Source of the DNA: an archaeon
GTDB taxonomy: Archaea; Iainarchaeota; Iainarchaeia; Iainarchaeales; CSSED10-239
Reading direction: 5' to 3'
Length of the DNA: 13,388 nucleotides
NCBI GenBank assembly: GCA_035387745.1
Contig: DAOOON010000008.1
Location: 10,037-23,424, forward strand
Shown: one piece after another, positions 6,403 to 13,388 of the stretch
Position numbering within the stretch: the first letter of the stretch is position 1
How the letters are laid out: every line of letters starts with the position of its first letter
Made by a program: the position numbers and the translations under genes
Notes under the pieces: model-generated
The model's database searches: none
Told to the model about the DNA's origin: nothing
The model's input: the letters and a program-made list of their open reading frames with translations, nothing else

Positions 6403-6789
6403 TTAATCACTATTTGAATCAGGTAAATTGACATTATTATTTTGGGGCATAATATTTCTATTGGTATCAATTGGTGTTGAATTATTCATATCTAAAAATT
6501 TTAAAAAACTTATATTTTCTAAATGTAGTTCGCCTTTTTGATGTTTATCATAGGCTACAAAAGAGCCAGCCAGTAAACCAAACAATAGTAATCCAATTAA
6601 TAGTGCTCTAAAAAAATTAGGTTTTCTGGGCGCTTTTGGTTCTTTAATTTTTTTTATAATTACAGGTTCTGCTTTTATTGGCGTCTCTGTCTTTTTTGGT
6701 ATTTCTTTTATTTTCTTAGTATTTTTAATATCAGAGTCGTCTTTTATTTCTGGCTCTGTAATATTACTATTTGTTAAGAAACCATCCAT
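6403..6789 (-). CDS. Single-pass membrane protein (128 aa): Lys/Pro/Glu-rich N-terminal region, one TM, small C-terminal domain
   Basis: GGGGGAG lies 6 nt upstream of the ATG, inside the 12-nt gap after the upstream gene's stop. The TM segment is ALLIGLLLFGLLAGSFVAY. Confidence 0.6.
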   Translation of the reverse strand: MDGFLTNSNITEPEIKDDSDIKNTKKIKEIPKKTETPIKAEPVIIKKIKEPKAPRKPNFFRALLIGLLLFGLLAGSFVAYDKHQKGELHLENISFLKFLDMNNSTPIDTNRNIMPQNNNVNLPDSNSD

Positions 6790-6801
6790 ATTAACTCCCC
6801 C

Positions 6802-7671
6802 TTATTTTTTCTTAAAAACTTCGCCAAGAAATATTTTATTGCTTACGCCATACTTCTTTATTTCAATATATCCTTTGTCCGAAAGCTTTTTAATGTTTCT
6901 GGAAACCGTGCCTTTTGGCAAAAAGCTTTTAGCAGTTATTGTTTTTTGAGTCTGCCCTTCATTTTCCATAATTACTTTAATTATCTTTTGCTCGTTTTCA
7001 TTAAGTCCTAAAAGCAAATCTTCTTTTTCAGAAACTTTTATTTTGGTTTTCTTCTTTGGTTTTTTCTTTAAAATTAAATGTATTCCAAAGACTATTGCCA
7101 ATAAAATAACTAAAATAATTAAATAGTTGTTTTCTGAGGTTTTTGATGATAATTCATAATTAATACTAATGTTTTTTATATCAAAAAGAGAAACAACCAT
7201 TTGCCCATTAATTACTTCTGCTGAAGATATCAATGGTAATTCATTTACTTTTGCAGATTTTGGCAAGGTGATCTTAAGCTCATCAATTGTTTCTTTATAT
7301 TTGGAGTTATAAATTAATGTCCAAAGTCCATTTGATTTACTAGTATAATAATCAGTTAAATATATGATTTCTATATTCATTTTTTCTAAATTTTTAATAT
7401 TGTCATTAAGATTAATTGTTAAAGAATTTAAGTTATAAGAAATAGAATCTGTTTTTTGATTATTAATTTTAACAATAAGATCATAGCAAGGGACAATGTC
7501 AAAGACAAGTTGGCTTTGATTAACATCTGACAAAATTAGATTGTCTTTTATTTTATAAGTATCAAATTCATAATGATTTATTTCGGTTTGTTGATAATCT
7601 GTGGTTTGTGCGAAATTATAATTAAGTATTATTAAAAAAATAAAAATCGGCAATATTTTTTTAAAATTCAT
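6802..7671 (-). CDS. Transmembrane one-component regulator: signal peptide, ~160-aa extracytoplasmic domain, TM, cytoplasmic winged helix-turn-helix (MarR/TrmB-like, archaeal COG2512-type architecture)
   Basis: Residues 1-21 look like a signal peptide. The TM is YLIILVILLAIVFGIHLIL (183-201), followed by KKKPKKKTK. The wHTH reads LNENEQKIIKVIMENEGQTQKTITAKSFLPKGTVSRNIKKLSDKGYIEIKKYG (about nt 6805-7029). Confidence 0.75.
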   Translation of the reverse strand: MNFKKILPIFIFLIILNYNFAQTTDYQQTEINHYEFDTYKIKDNLILSDVNQSQLVFDIVPCYDLIVKINNQKTDSISYNLNSLTINLNDNIKNLEKMNIEIIYLTDYYTSKSNGLWTLIYNSKYKETIDELKITLPKSAKVNELPLISSAEVINGQMVVSLFDIKNISINYELSSKTSENNYLIILVILLAIVFGIHLILKKKPKKKTKIKVSEKEDLLLGLNENEQKIIKVIMENEGQTQKTITAKSFLPKGTVSRNIKKLSDKGYIEIKKYGVSNKIFLGEVFKKK

Positions 7672-7723
7672 AATTATTCAATAATATTATATTGCAATTA
7701 GTTATTTAAATTTACTTATTGAT

Positions 7724-7740
7724 AAAAAAATAAGAAAAAA
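7724..7740 (-). terminator. Oligo-T tracts (T6 and T7 on the minus strand) just downstream of the 615-aa gene stop; archaeal-style terminator candidate
   Basis: The plus strand reads aaaaaaataagaaaaaa at 7724-7740. On the coding (minus) strand this gives TTTTTT and TTTTTTT starting 5 nt after the stop at 7746-7748. Confidence 0.35.
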
Positions 7741-7745
7741 GGAAA

Positions 7746-9593
7746 TTATTCAATAATTTCCTTAGTTGCAGAGATTCTTTTTTCTGTAATTTTTTCGCCA
7801 ATAGGTATAAACCAAAGAAGTTTCCTTTGTTCTTTAACTTCAAAAACATATGTTGGAATCTCTGAAACAGTTTCTAGATTTATGTCTCCAACCACTTTTG
7901 AAATATCAATTTTGTTTTCTTGAAGCATTTGTGTAACAGGCATTATCTTTTTTACTTTATTGTCTTTAGTTACATATATTTCATCACTGTTTTTTACAGT
8001 TAGTTGTTTAGAATTTAGTGATTTTGTTTCAAGTGTTGAATTTGTATTTATAGATTCTATATTTTCATAGTTTATATCTGTAACTTCTGAGTTGAGGTTC
8101 TTATTTTTAACTTGTATTTGTTTTTGGGCCCTGGCATTTTCGGCTATTAGATTTGAGTTGTCTGAATCAACAATTAGATATCTTATTATGCCGGAGTTTA
8201 TACCCGTAAGTTTTTCTCCAGTTTTTGAGTCTATTGTAACTTCAAATTTAAGGGGAGTATCTATTCCACAAGAATTTACAAAGCCATCCATGTTATCTAA
8301 TGCAAATTCTTTAGAATCGTTTCCTTTAACATAACTAATTTTTCCTACAAACAGATTTTCTTTTGTTGAGCTTTTAAATAATTTTCTAGTAAAACAAGCG
8401 TTTTGATTATATTCGTTATAGAAATTTATTGTGGCAGTTTCAATTTCTGAAAAATTATTTTTTTCGGTTAATATTGTTAAATCAAGGTAATATCCTTCAT
8501 TTTTCTTTAAATGATGGGTTTTTGTTTCTGCATTAAAATAAGAACTAGAATTACAAATAGTCTTGTATTGTCCAGTATAGTTTGGGTCTATTTTTGCAGG
8601 CAATATTATCTTTGTTTTATCAATTGCACAAGGTATCTCTAGTTTATATGTATATTTAGAATCTGTTTGAGGGAGTGGTTTATCAGTAATTTTAACTGCA
8701 ATATCTGCATAATTACTAAAACTTATATAATCAGAATTGTCTGTAGTTGAAAGAGTTTCTTTATCTAATGTTATTCTTGAGCTATAAACAGTATTAACTT
8801 TTAGATTTGTATTTAAATAATTTTCAAAGATATTGTCTCCGCTTTCATAGGTTTCAATTGCATTTAAATTATTACCACTTATACTAATAGTTACTTCGTG
8901 TTTTAATCCAGGAGGTGTTGTGTTTGCTTTAATCTCTTTAATAGTTAAGGTATATCCGTCAATATCAAAGGCATCTCCAACCTTATAGACTGTCGTTTGT
9001 ATATTTCTGGAATTTATTTTTGCCCATTCTCCTATAGTTAAAGTATAGTTTTTTGGTTTTTCATTATAAGTGCTTGAAACCCTTTCTATTTCTTTAAAAA
9101 CCTCTGAATCAATTATATAAGAATAAGTATATTTATATTTCTCTTGTCCAGATTCTGATTCTGTAATAGATAATTTAAGATCTTTAATTACTTCATTATG
9201 ATTGTAATACGCGCCTAAAGGCATTAGTGTGTTTTGAGAATTTATTGCATTTACAACTAGAGATGAACCGATGTCTGCGATATTAGAAATATCTTTAGAA
9301 GCAGTAAAATATATATTTATCCTATATTCATTATTTGGATTAAGATATATTGGATTTTCGGAATTATCATATATTGGGCTCTGTGCTAGTACCTTTCCTG
9401 TGCTTAAATCAATTAATTCTTTATATGCGCCGGTTATTGTAACTGGAGAATTTAAATTATTAAATTTTATTTCTCGAGATTGTCCTTCATATATAGAATA
9501 ATATTCTGCAAACAACCTAGGGGATGTTGCGATAAGGAATATAGTTATTGCAAATATTGCAACTATAAAGTTTATTGTTTTTTTTATTTTCAT
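7746..9593 (-). CDS. Large secreted or surface protein (615 aa), beta-rich, Asn/Ser/Thr-rich, unknown family; possible PepSY-like C-terminal motif
   Basis: GGAGG lies 7 nt upstream of the ATG. The signal peptide is MKIKKTINFIVAIFAITIFLIATSPRLFA/EYY. There are no further TM segments. The C-terminus YVFEVKEQRKLLWFIPIGEKITEKRISATKEII loosely resembles PepSY. Confidence 0.7.
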   Translation of the reverse strand: MKIKKTINFIVAIFAITIFLIATSPRLFAEYYSIYEGQSREIKFNNLNSPVTITGAYKELIDLSTGKVLAQSPIYDNSENPIYLNPNNEYRINIYFTASKDISNIADIGSSLVVNAINSQNTLMPLGAYYNHNEVIKDLKLSITESESGQEKYKYTYSYIIDSEVFKEIERVSSTYNEKPKNYTLTIGEWAKINSRNIQTTVYKVGDAFDIDGYTLTIKEIKANTTPPGLKHEVTISISGNNLNAIETYESGDNIFENYLNTNLKVNTVYSSRITLDKETLSTTDNSDYISFSNYADIAVKITDKPLPQTDSKYTYKLEIPCAIDKTKIILPAKIDPNYTGQYKTICNSSSYFNAETKTHHLKKNEGYYLDLTILTEKNNFSEIETATINFYNEYNQNACFTRKLFKSSTKENLFVGKISYVKGNDSKEFALDNMDGFVNSCGIDTPLKFEVTIDSKTGEKLTGINSGIIRYLIVDSDNSNLIAENARAQKQIQVKNKNLNSEVTDINYENIESINTNSTLETKSLNSKQLTVKNSDEIYVTKDNKVKKIMPVTQMLQENKIDISKVVGDINLETVSEIPTYVFEVKEQRKLLWFIPIGEKITEKRISATKEIIE

Positions 9594-9608
9594 GTTTTTG
9601 CCTCCAAT

Positions 9609-9728
9609 TTATTTTACAAATCTTATTTTAAATAATGTAAATATCAATGTACCAAGAATAGCAAGGTAAACAAAAACTGCAAATATATATTGTCTTAATT
9701 TCTTTGCTGGACAACTTAATTTCTTCAT
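9609..9728 (-). CDS. 39-aa single-TM micro-protein, first gene upstream of the 615-aa secreted protein (not in the supplied ORF track)
   Basis: My own translation is MKKLSCPAKKLRQYIFAVFVYLAILGTLIFTLFKIRFVK*. GAGGTGA lies 7 nt upstream of the ATG (9726-9728). Its stop at 9609-9611 is 15 nt from the next ATG, and that gap contains the next gene's GGAGG. Confidence 0.5.
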   Translation of the reverse strand: MKKLSCPAKKLRQYIFAVFVYLAILGTLIFTLFKIRFVK

Positions 9729-9811
9729 TTTTATTTCACCTCGCTTTTTTTGGAATAGGGGATTAAAATGTGGCTAAGTAAATAGCACATTATAAGTAAC
9801 TCTTGTTTTTT

Positions 9812-9870
9812 AGTATTTAAATACTTTTAGTGAAACTAGGCGAAACTTATAGAAAATTACTGAAATTTTT
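9812..9870. promoter_or_regulatory. Candidate operator array in the divergent control region: a 14-bp perfect palindrome plus four 10-bp-phased NGAAA repeats
   Basis: agtatttaaatact (9812-9825) is a perfect palindrome with a TTTAAA core. It is followed by tgaaactagg / cgaaacttat / agaaaattac / tgaaattttt at 9831, 9841, 9851 and 9861. The same register recurs at 9891 (tgaaaag) and 9951 (tgaaat). Confidence 0.35.
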
Positions 9871-9949
9871 CAGGATTTAAAGGTAATTTGTGAAAAGTTT
9901 ATATATTTTTAGATGTAATATATTATATGTATAAAAAAGTGAAGAATTT

Positions 9950-12900
9950 ATGAAATATTCAAAAATAATATTAATTTGTATAATTTTCTTAATCTTGCCA
10001 TTTATATTTGCAGAAGAAGAAAGTGCCTCTGTAGTTGTGCCTTTGGCAATAAATGGAATAGAAGGAGAATTAGATATTTCAACAACCCCCTTAATTTTTC
10101 CAGAAACAGAACAAGATGAATCTTCAGACACCATAAATATTTTTACATCTATTGACAACAATTTAGGGTTTTCTCTTAATACACAACTAAATTATAAAAC
10201 ACTTGATATCCCTTATTATTTTTTAAAAGAAAATCAAAATCTTAAAAAAAGGATATATCCTTTTAATCAAGGCAGAACATATGTAATAAATAATTCCTCT
10301 CAGGAAATTACAAAAGACAAAACTCTAGAACTAAAATTAAATTTATCAGATACTACTCAAACCGTATATTTAGTTATTGATAATTTGCAGTCTAGCCAGA
10401 TACCAGAAATGAACCGATTTGTAAATGTCACATCTTCAACAATTGAAATAAATTCTGTTCCAAGATATCTTAAAATAAACAAAAGTGCCATTGCAAATAA
10501 TAAATTACTTTTAAATTTAAAAGCAAATATTACTAATTTTTCTTTTCAGATCATAGAAACAGATAATAACAAGAACGTAAACGGAATGTATAGTACAAAT
10601 ATTTTACAACTAGATTACGATTCTTTTAACAAATACGCTTTGTTTCAAATTAATCGTAACATTATAGAATTTTATTGCCCGTATTGTCATCTTAAAGACT
10701 ACGGAATTAATGAAAATGGCTTTTCTGCATGTGGGAAATCTGTCTTTGAAGAAGAAAAAAAGCCAATAACAGAATATTTGAGCGCCAAAGAAAATGTTTG
10801 TCTTTTGCCAGATGGTTCTAAAATTTCTGGCTTTACTAATGATTCTTTGGAAGTATTTGGTTTAGACAGATTGTATTTTGAATGGAATGACAAAATCCCC
10901 TCTGATCTTTTTGATTATGGAGAATATTATGTTGATCAAGACCAGTTTAGAATTGCGGTTTCAAAAAAGATAGACGCAATTACTAATAATAACTATATTG
11001 AAATAGGAAATATAAAATATAAGAAAGGCAAAAACAACTTAATTTCAAAAGCAGGAGTCTATATTGAACAAGACTTATCTAAAATAACTGATTTATCCAC
11101 TAATAATTCAATAATAGAATCTTTGGAATTTTCTATCGCGGTATTAAACTCTATTCCGGAAGAATATAGAAAATTAACCATTTTAGACTTAACAAATAAT
11201 GAGCCAGACGTTAGTGATTCAGAATTTAATAGATTGCTGCAAGAGATTTTAGGTGGTAATTATTATAAATTTACAGATTATCACACCCACCATCAAATAA
11301 CACTAGAAAAATATCTCTCTTCTATTAATAATTTTAAAGTTTCTAGAGTAAATAACGATATTTATTCTAAACTATTATATGGCTTAGAATACAAAACACA
11401 AGGTTATTCTAATATTTATTATTCTGAAGGGCTGAATTATTTTATATATAATATTAAACCATTTACAGAAGAAACAACCGGAATACTAAATAACGAACAC
11501 ACACAAATGTTTGGTAATTATTGGAAACTAAATTTAATAGATTTAAATAATACAATAGAACCAAAAACAGTAGTAGTAAATGTTTCAGAAATAACCCCTG
11601 AAAGTAAAAGAGCAAAAATAATTTTCAATAATCCTTCAACAAATTTATATGTAAATTATTATTTTGAAAATCAATATTTTTCTAGTAATCCATTATTTTT
11701 AAAAACAATAAATGCATTAAGTTATAATCGAGGCAATATTTTTGAAAATACCTCTTCTTTTACGTCTAAGCTTCCAGAAGTTATTCAGAACTATAATAAT
11801 CTACAAGATGGTTATATTGTTTCTATTGATTCTGTACATTCTGATTTTATAATTAATTTAACAAAACCAGTAATAATCACTAAAGGTGCAGGAGAAGAAA
11901 TTCTGGTTAAATATTATAATGGCAGAGAATATGTTAATTATACAAACAACCTCACAACTATAAATAACTCAAGAGAGGATTTCGCAACAAAAGAAACGCT
12001 TGTAATATACCCTCCAAAATCAGAAAATACAAATTATCCAATAATAATAGAATCACAAAGCCCTTTAATCTTTAATAGTGAGGTTTTTGAAAGCACAGAA
12101 AATGGAAAACACATATATAGATTAAATAAGGAAAATCAAAATTTAAGATTTCTTGAACTAATAAATGACGTATACAATAACGAAGCGTGCTTTTCAATTT
12201 CTGAAAACCAATTTTCGTTATGGAAAAATATAGACGAGGAATTGGATATTAAAAAGGCAGAGAGCTATTTGGAATTTGCAAGTGCTTTACAATATAATGT
12301 TGGCGAGTCTTTAGAGAATCAAATATCTCAAAATCAAAATTCACAACCAAACAATTCTTTTGCAGTATACACAATTGATGAGTCTCAAACACTATATAAA
12401 AATGCACAAGCAGTTAATACTTTTATTAAGACAGAAACAGATAATAGAAACTTAAACATATTAAAAGACTATAGCGAGGTTTATGAAAAAGCAATAGAAA
12501 GCGAACCAACATTATATAAAGAATTTAGAGATCTATTAAATTGCAATGAAACATTAATCTGTAGAATTTCTAAAACAAGATACACCCCGCAAGGATATTT
12601 TTTTGAGAGATTTAAAAACGTATGTGTTGATAATACTCCAACAGATTGTGTTAGTTTTTGGTCAAATCCAAAAGTGAATTATTGTTCTGCATTTGTTAGA
12701 AATTTTAATAATAATTTCTTTGGATATAGATTTGATTCAGCAGATGCTTGGGATTTAGCTAAACAACCAAATAATAAAAGTATCTGGAAAGCAACAACCG
12801 ATTCATTACAAGAAAAAGATTTTGATTTATTAATTCCCGGGTCAGTTCTTGGAATAAAGCATAATAATACAAGCTATAAAAATAAAGAATATAGCCATGT

Positions 12901-13388
12901 AGTTGTTTATCTTGGAAAAATTGGTTCAAGGCACTATATTATTCATTCTTGGGTAAATACGTTAAAAATAGAAAGATTAGATGTTTTCTTAAAAACTACA
13001 GCAAGAGGGAAAAATGCATATGGCTATTATGAAAATGGTCAAATAAAAGAAGTAATGATTTCAAATAATCTTAATCAAAAACTAATTGCAAAAGCCAGAG
13101 AGAACGGCATCTCTTTAGGGTCTGTGGATTCTTCTATTTATCAAGGCATTATCCCAGATTATATCTTTGATTCATTTAATAATAATAAAATGTTGTTAAC
13201 AAATATTGAAAATCCAAGTAATAATGCCGTATATCAAGAGCTTGAAGAAGTTTATAATAGAATATTACAAAAAGACTTTGATATTTATTATAAGACCAAT
13301 TACTATACAGAAGAATCTCCAGAAATTAACGAGAAAATAAGATTGGATTCTAATGAGCCAATGATTGTAATACTTGGCAAATACAAAA
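9950..13388 (+). CDS. Giant secreted protein, 5'-complete and 3'-truncated by the window end (>=1146 aa), with an NlpC/P60-like papain-fold Cys peptidase/amidase domain near residues ~900-1010
   Basis: I translated the frame from ATG 9950 and found it open to the window end. It is absent from the ORF track because it has no stop in the window. The signal peptide is MKYSKIILICIIFLILPFIFA/EEE. NlpC/P60 motifs: NYCSAFV (Cys912, nt 12683-12685), LIPGSVLG, YSHVVVYLG (His983, nt 12896-12898) and YIIHSW (His999, nt 12944-12946). Many N-x-S/T sequons are present. Confidence 0.85.
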   Translation, partial: MKYSKIILICIIFLILPFIFAEEESASVVVPLAINGIEGELDISTTPLIFPETEQDESSDTINIFTSIDNNLGFSLNTQLNYKTLDIPYYFLKENQNLKKRIYPFNQGRTYVINNSSQEITKDKTLELKLNLSDTTQTVYLVIDNLQSSQIPEMNRFVNVTSSTIEINSVPRYLKINKSAIANNKLLLNLKANITNFSFQIIETDNNKNVNGMYSTNILQLDYDSFNKYALFQINRNIIEFYCPYCHLKDYGINENGFSACGKSVFEEEKKPITEYLSAKENVCLLPDGSKISGFTNDSLEVFGLDRLYFEWNDKIPSDLFDYGEYYVDQDQFRIAVSKKIDAITNNNYIEIGNIKYKKGKNNLISKAGVYIEQDLSKITDLSTNNSIIESLEFSIAVLNSIPEEYRKLTILDLTNNEPDVSDSEFNRLLQEILGGNYYKFTDYHTHHQITLEKYLSSINNFKVSRVNNDIYSKLLYGLEYKTQGYSNIYYSEGLNYFIYNIKPFTEETTGILNNEHTQMFGNYWKLNLIDLNNTIEPKTVVVNVSEITPESKRAKIIFNNPSTNLYVNYYFENQYFSSNPLFLKTINALSYNRGNIFENTSSFTSKLPEVIQNYNNLQDGYIVSIDSVHSDFIINLTKPVIITKGAGEEILVKYYNGREYVNYTNNLTTINNSREDFATKETLVIYPPKSENTNYPIIIESQSPLIFNSEVFESTENGKHIYRLNKENQNLRFLELINDVYNNEACFSISENQFSLWKNIDEELDIKKAESYLEFASALQYNVGESLENQISQNQNSQPNNSFAVYTIDESQTLYKNAQAVNTFIKTETDNRNLNILKDYSEVYEKAIESEPTLYKEFRDLLNCNETLICRISKTRYTPQGYFFERFKNVCVDNTPTDCVSFWSNPKVNYCSAFVRNFNNNFFGYRFDSADAWDLAKQPNNKSIWKATTDSLQEKDFDLLIPGSVLGIKHNNTSYKNKEYSHVVVYLGKIGSRHYIIHSWVNTLKIERLDVFLKTTARGKNAYGYYENGQIKEVMISNNLNQKLIAKARENGISLGSVDSSIYQGIIPDYIFDSFNNNKMLLTNIENPSNNAVYQELEEVYNRILQKDFDIYYKTNYYTEESPEINEKIRLDSNEPMIVILGKYK

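Noticed and set aside
7672-7757. 14-bp direct repeat aattattcaataat at 7672-7685 and 7744-7757, flanking the 7672-7745 intergenic region
   Set aside because: The word is made almost entirely of A and T. By rough estimate, several such 14-mer coincidences are expected in 13 kb of this composition. One copy is simply the ...EIIE-stop coding end.
8092-9501. Plus-strand ORFs 8092..8334 and 9271..9501
   Set aside because: Both are antisense inside the well-supported 615-aa secreted-protein gene and have no start context, so they are probably spurious.
9877-10893. Minus-strand ORFs 9877..10161 and 10699..10893
   Set aside because: Both overlap the 3.4-kb open frame of the giant plus-strand gene, which has a signal peptide and a recognisable domain. 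They are antisense artefacts.
1-13388. CRISPR arrays, IS elements or transposases, rRNA, toxin-antitoxin or restriction-type defence genes, and recoded stop codons
   Set aside because: I saw no regularly spaced repeats, no terminal inverted repeats around a transposase-like ORF and no recognisable nuclease, methylase or RT motifs. All long ORFs are open under the standard code and need no stop-codon reassignment.

Overview
Very AT-rich, tightly packed window. It most likely comes from a small-genome archaeon, possibly DPANN-like. That is an inference from three things: an archaeal-style class II tRNA-Leu, a membrane-anchored winged-helix regulator of the archaeal COG2512 type, and A/T-rich TATA-like boxes combined with GGAGG/AGGTGA ribosome-binding sites.

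Content: two class II tRNAs, tRNA-Ser(GCU) at 2-84 and tRNA-Leu(CAA) at 5706-5787, plus about 16 CDS. Nearly all the CDS encode membrane or secreted proteins. I recognise only five families:
- an MFS-like transporter
- a membrane-anchored papain-like (C1) cysteine protease
- a GNAT acetyltransferase
- a transmembrane wHTH regulator
- a giant secreted protein of at least 1146 aa, missing from the supplied ORF track because it runs off the window end, with an NlpC/P60-like Cys-His-His domain

Main leads:
1. A perfect 41-bp copy of the tRNA-Ser anticodon-to-T-loop segment lies 880 bp downstream. The two copies bound a recombinase-less cassette whose two ORFs would fuse in frame into one 283-codon gene if the cassette circularised.
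2. A translationally coupled operon encodes an MFS-like transporter, two tandem paralogous mini type-I membrane peptides and a 4-TM protein.
3. An 83-bp GC-rich island with twin hairpins sits directly upstream of tRNA-Leu.
4. A divergent surface-protein locus (6403-13388) has a palindrome and 10-bp-phased GAAA repeats in its control region.

I saw no CRISPR array, transposase, integrase or rRNA. All family calls rest on motifs read by eye, not on database searches.
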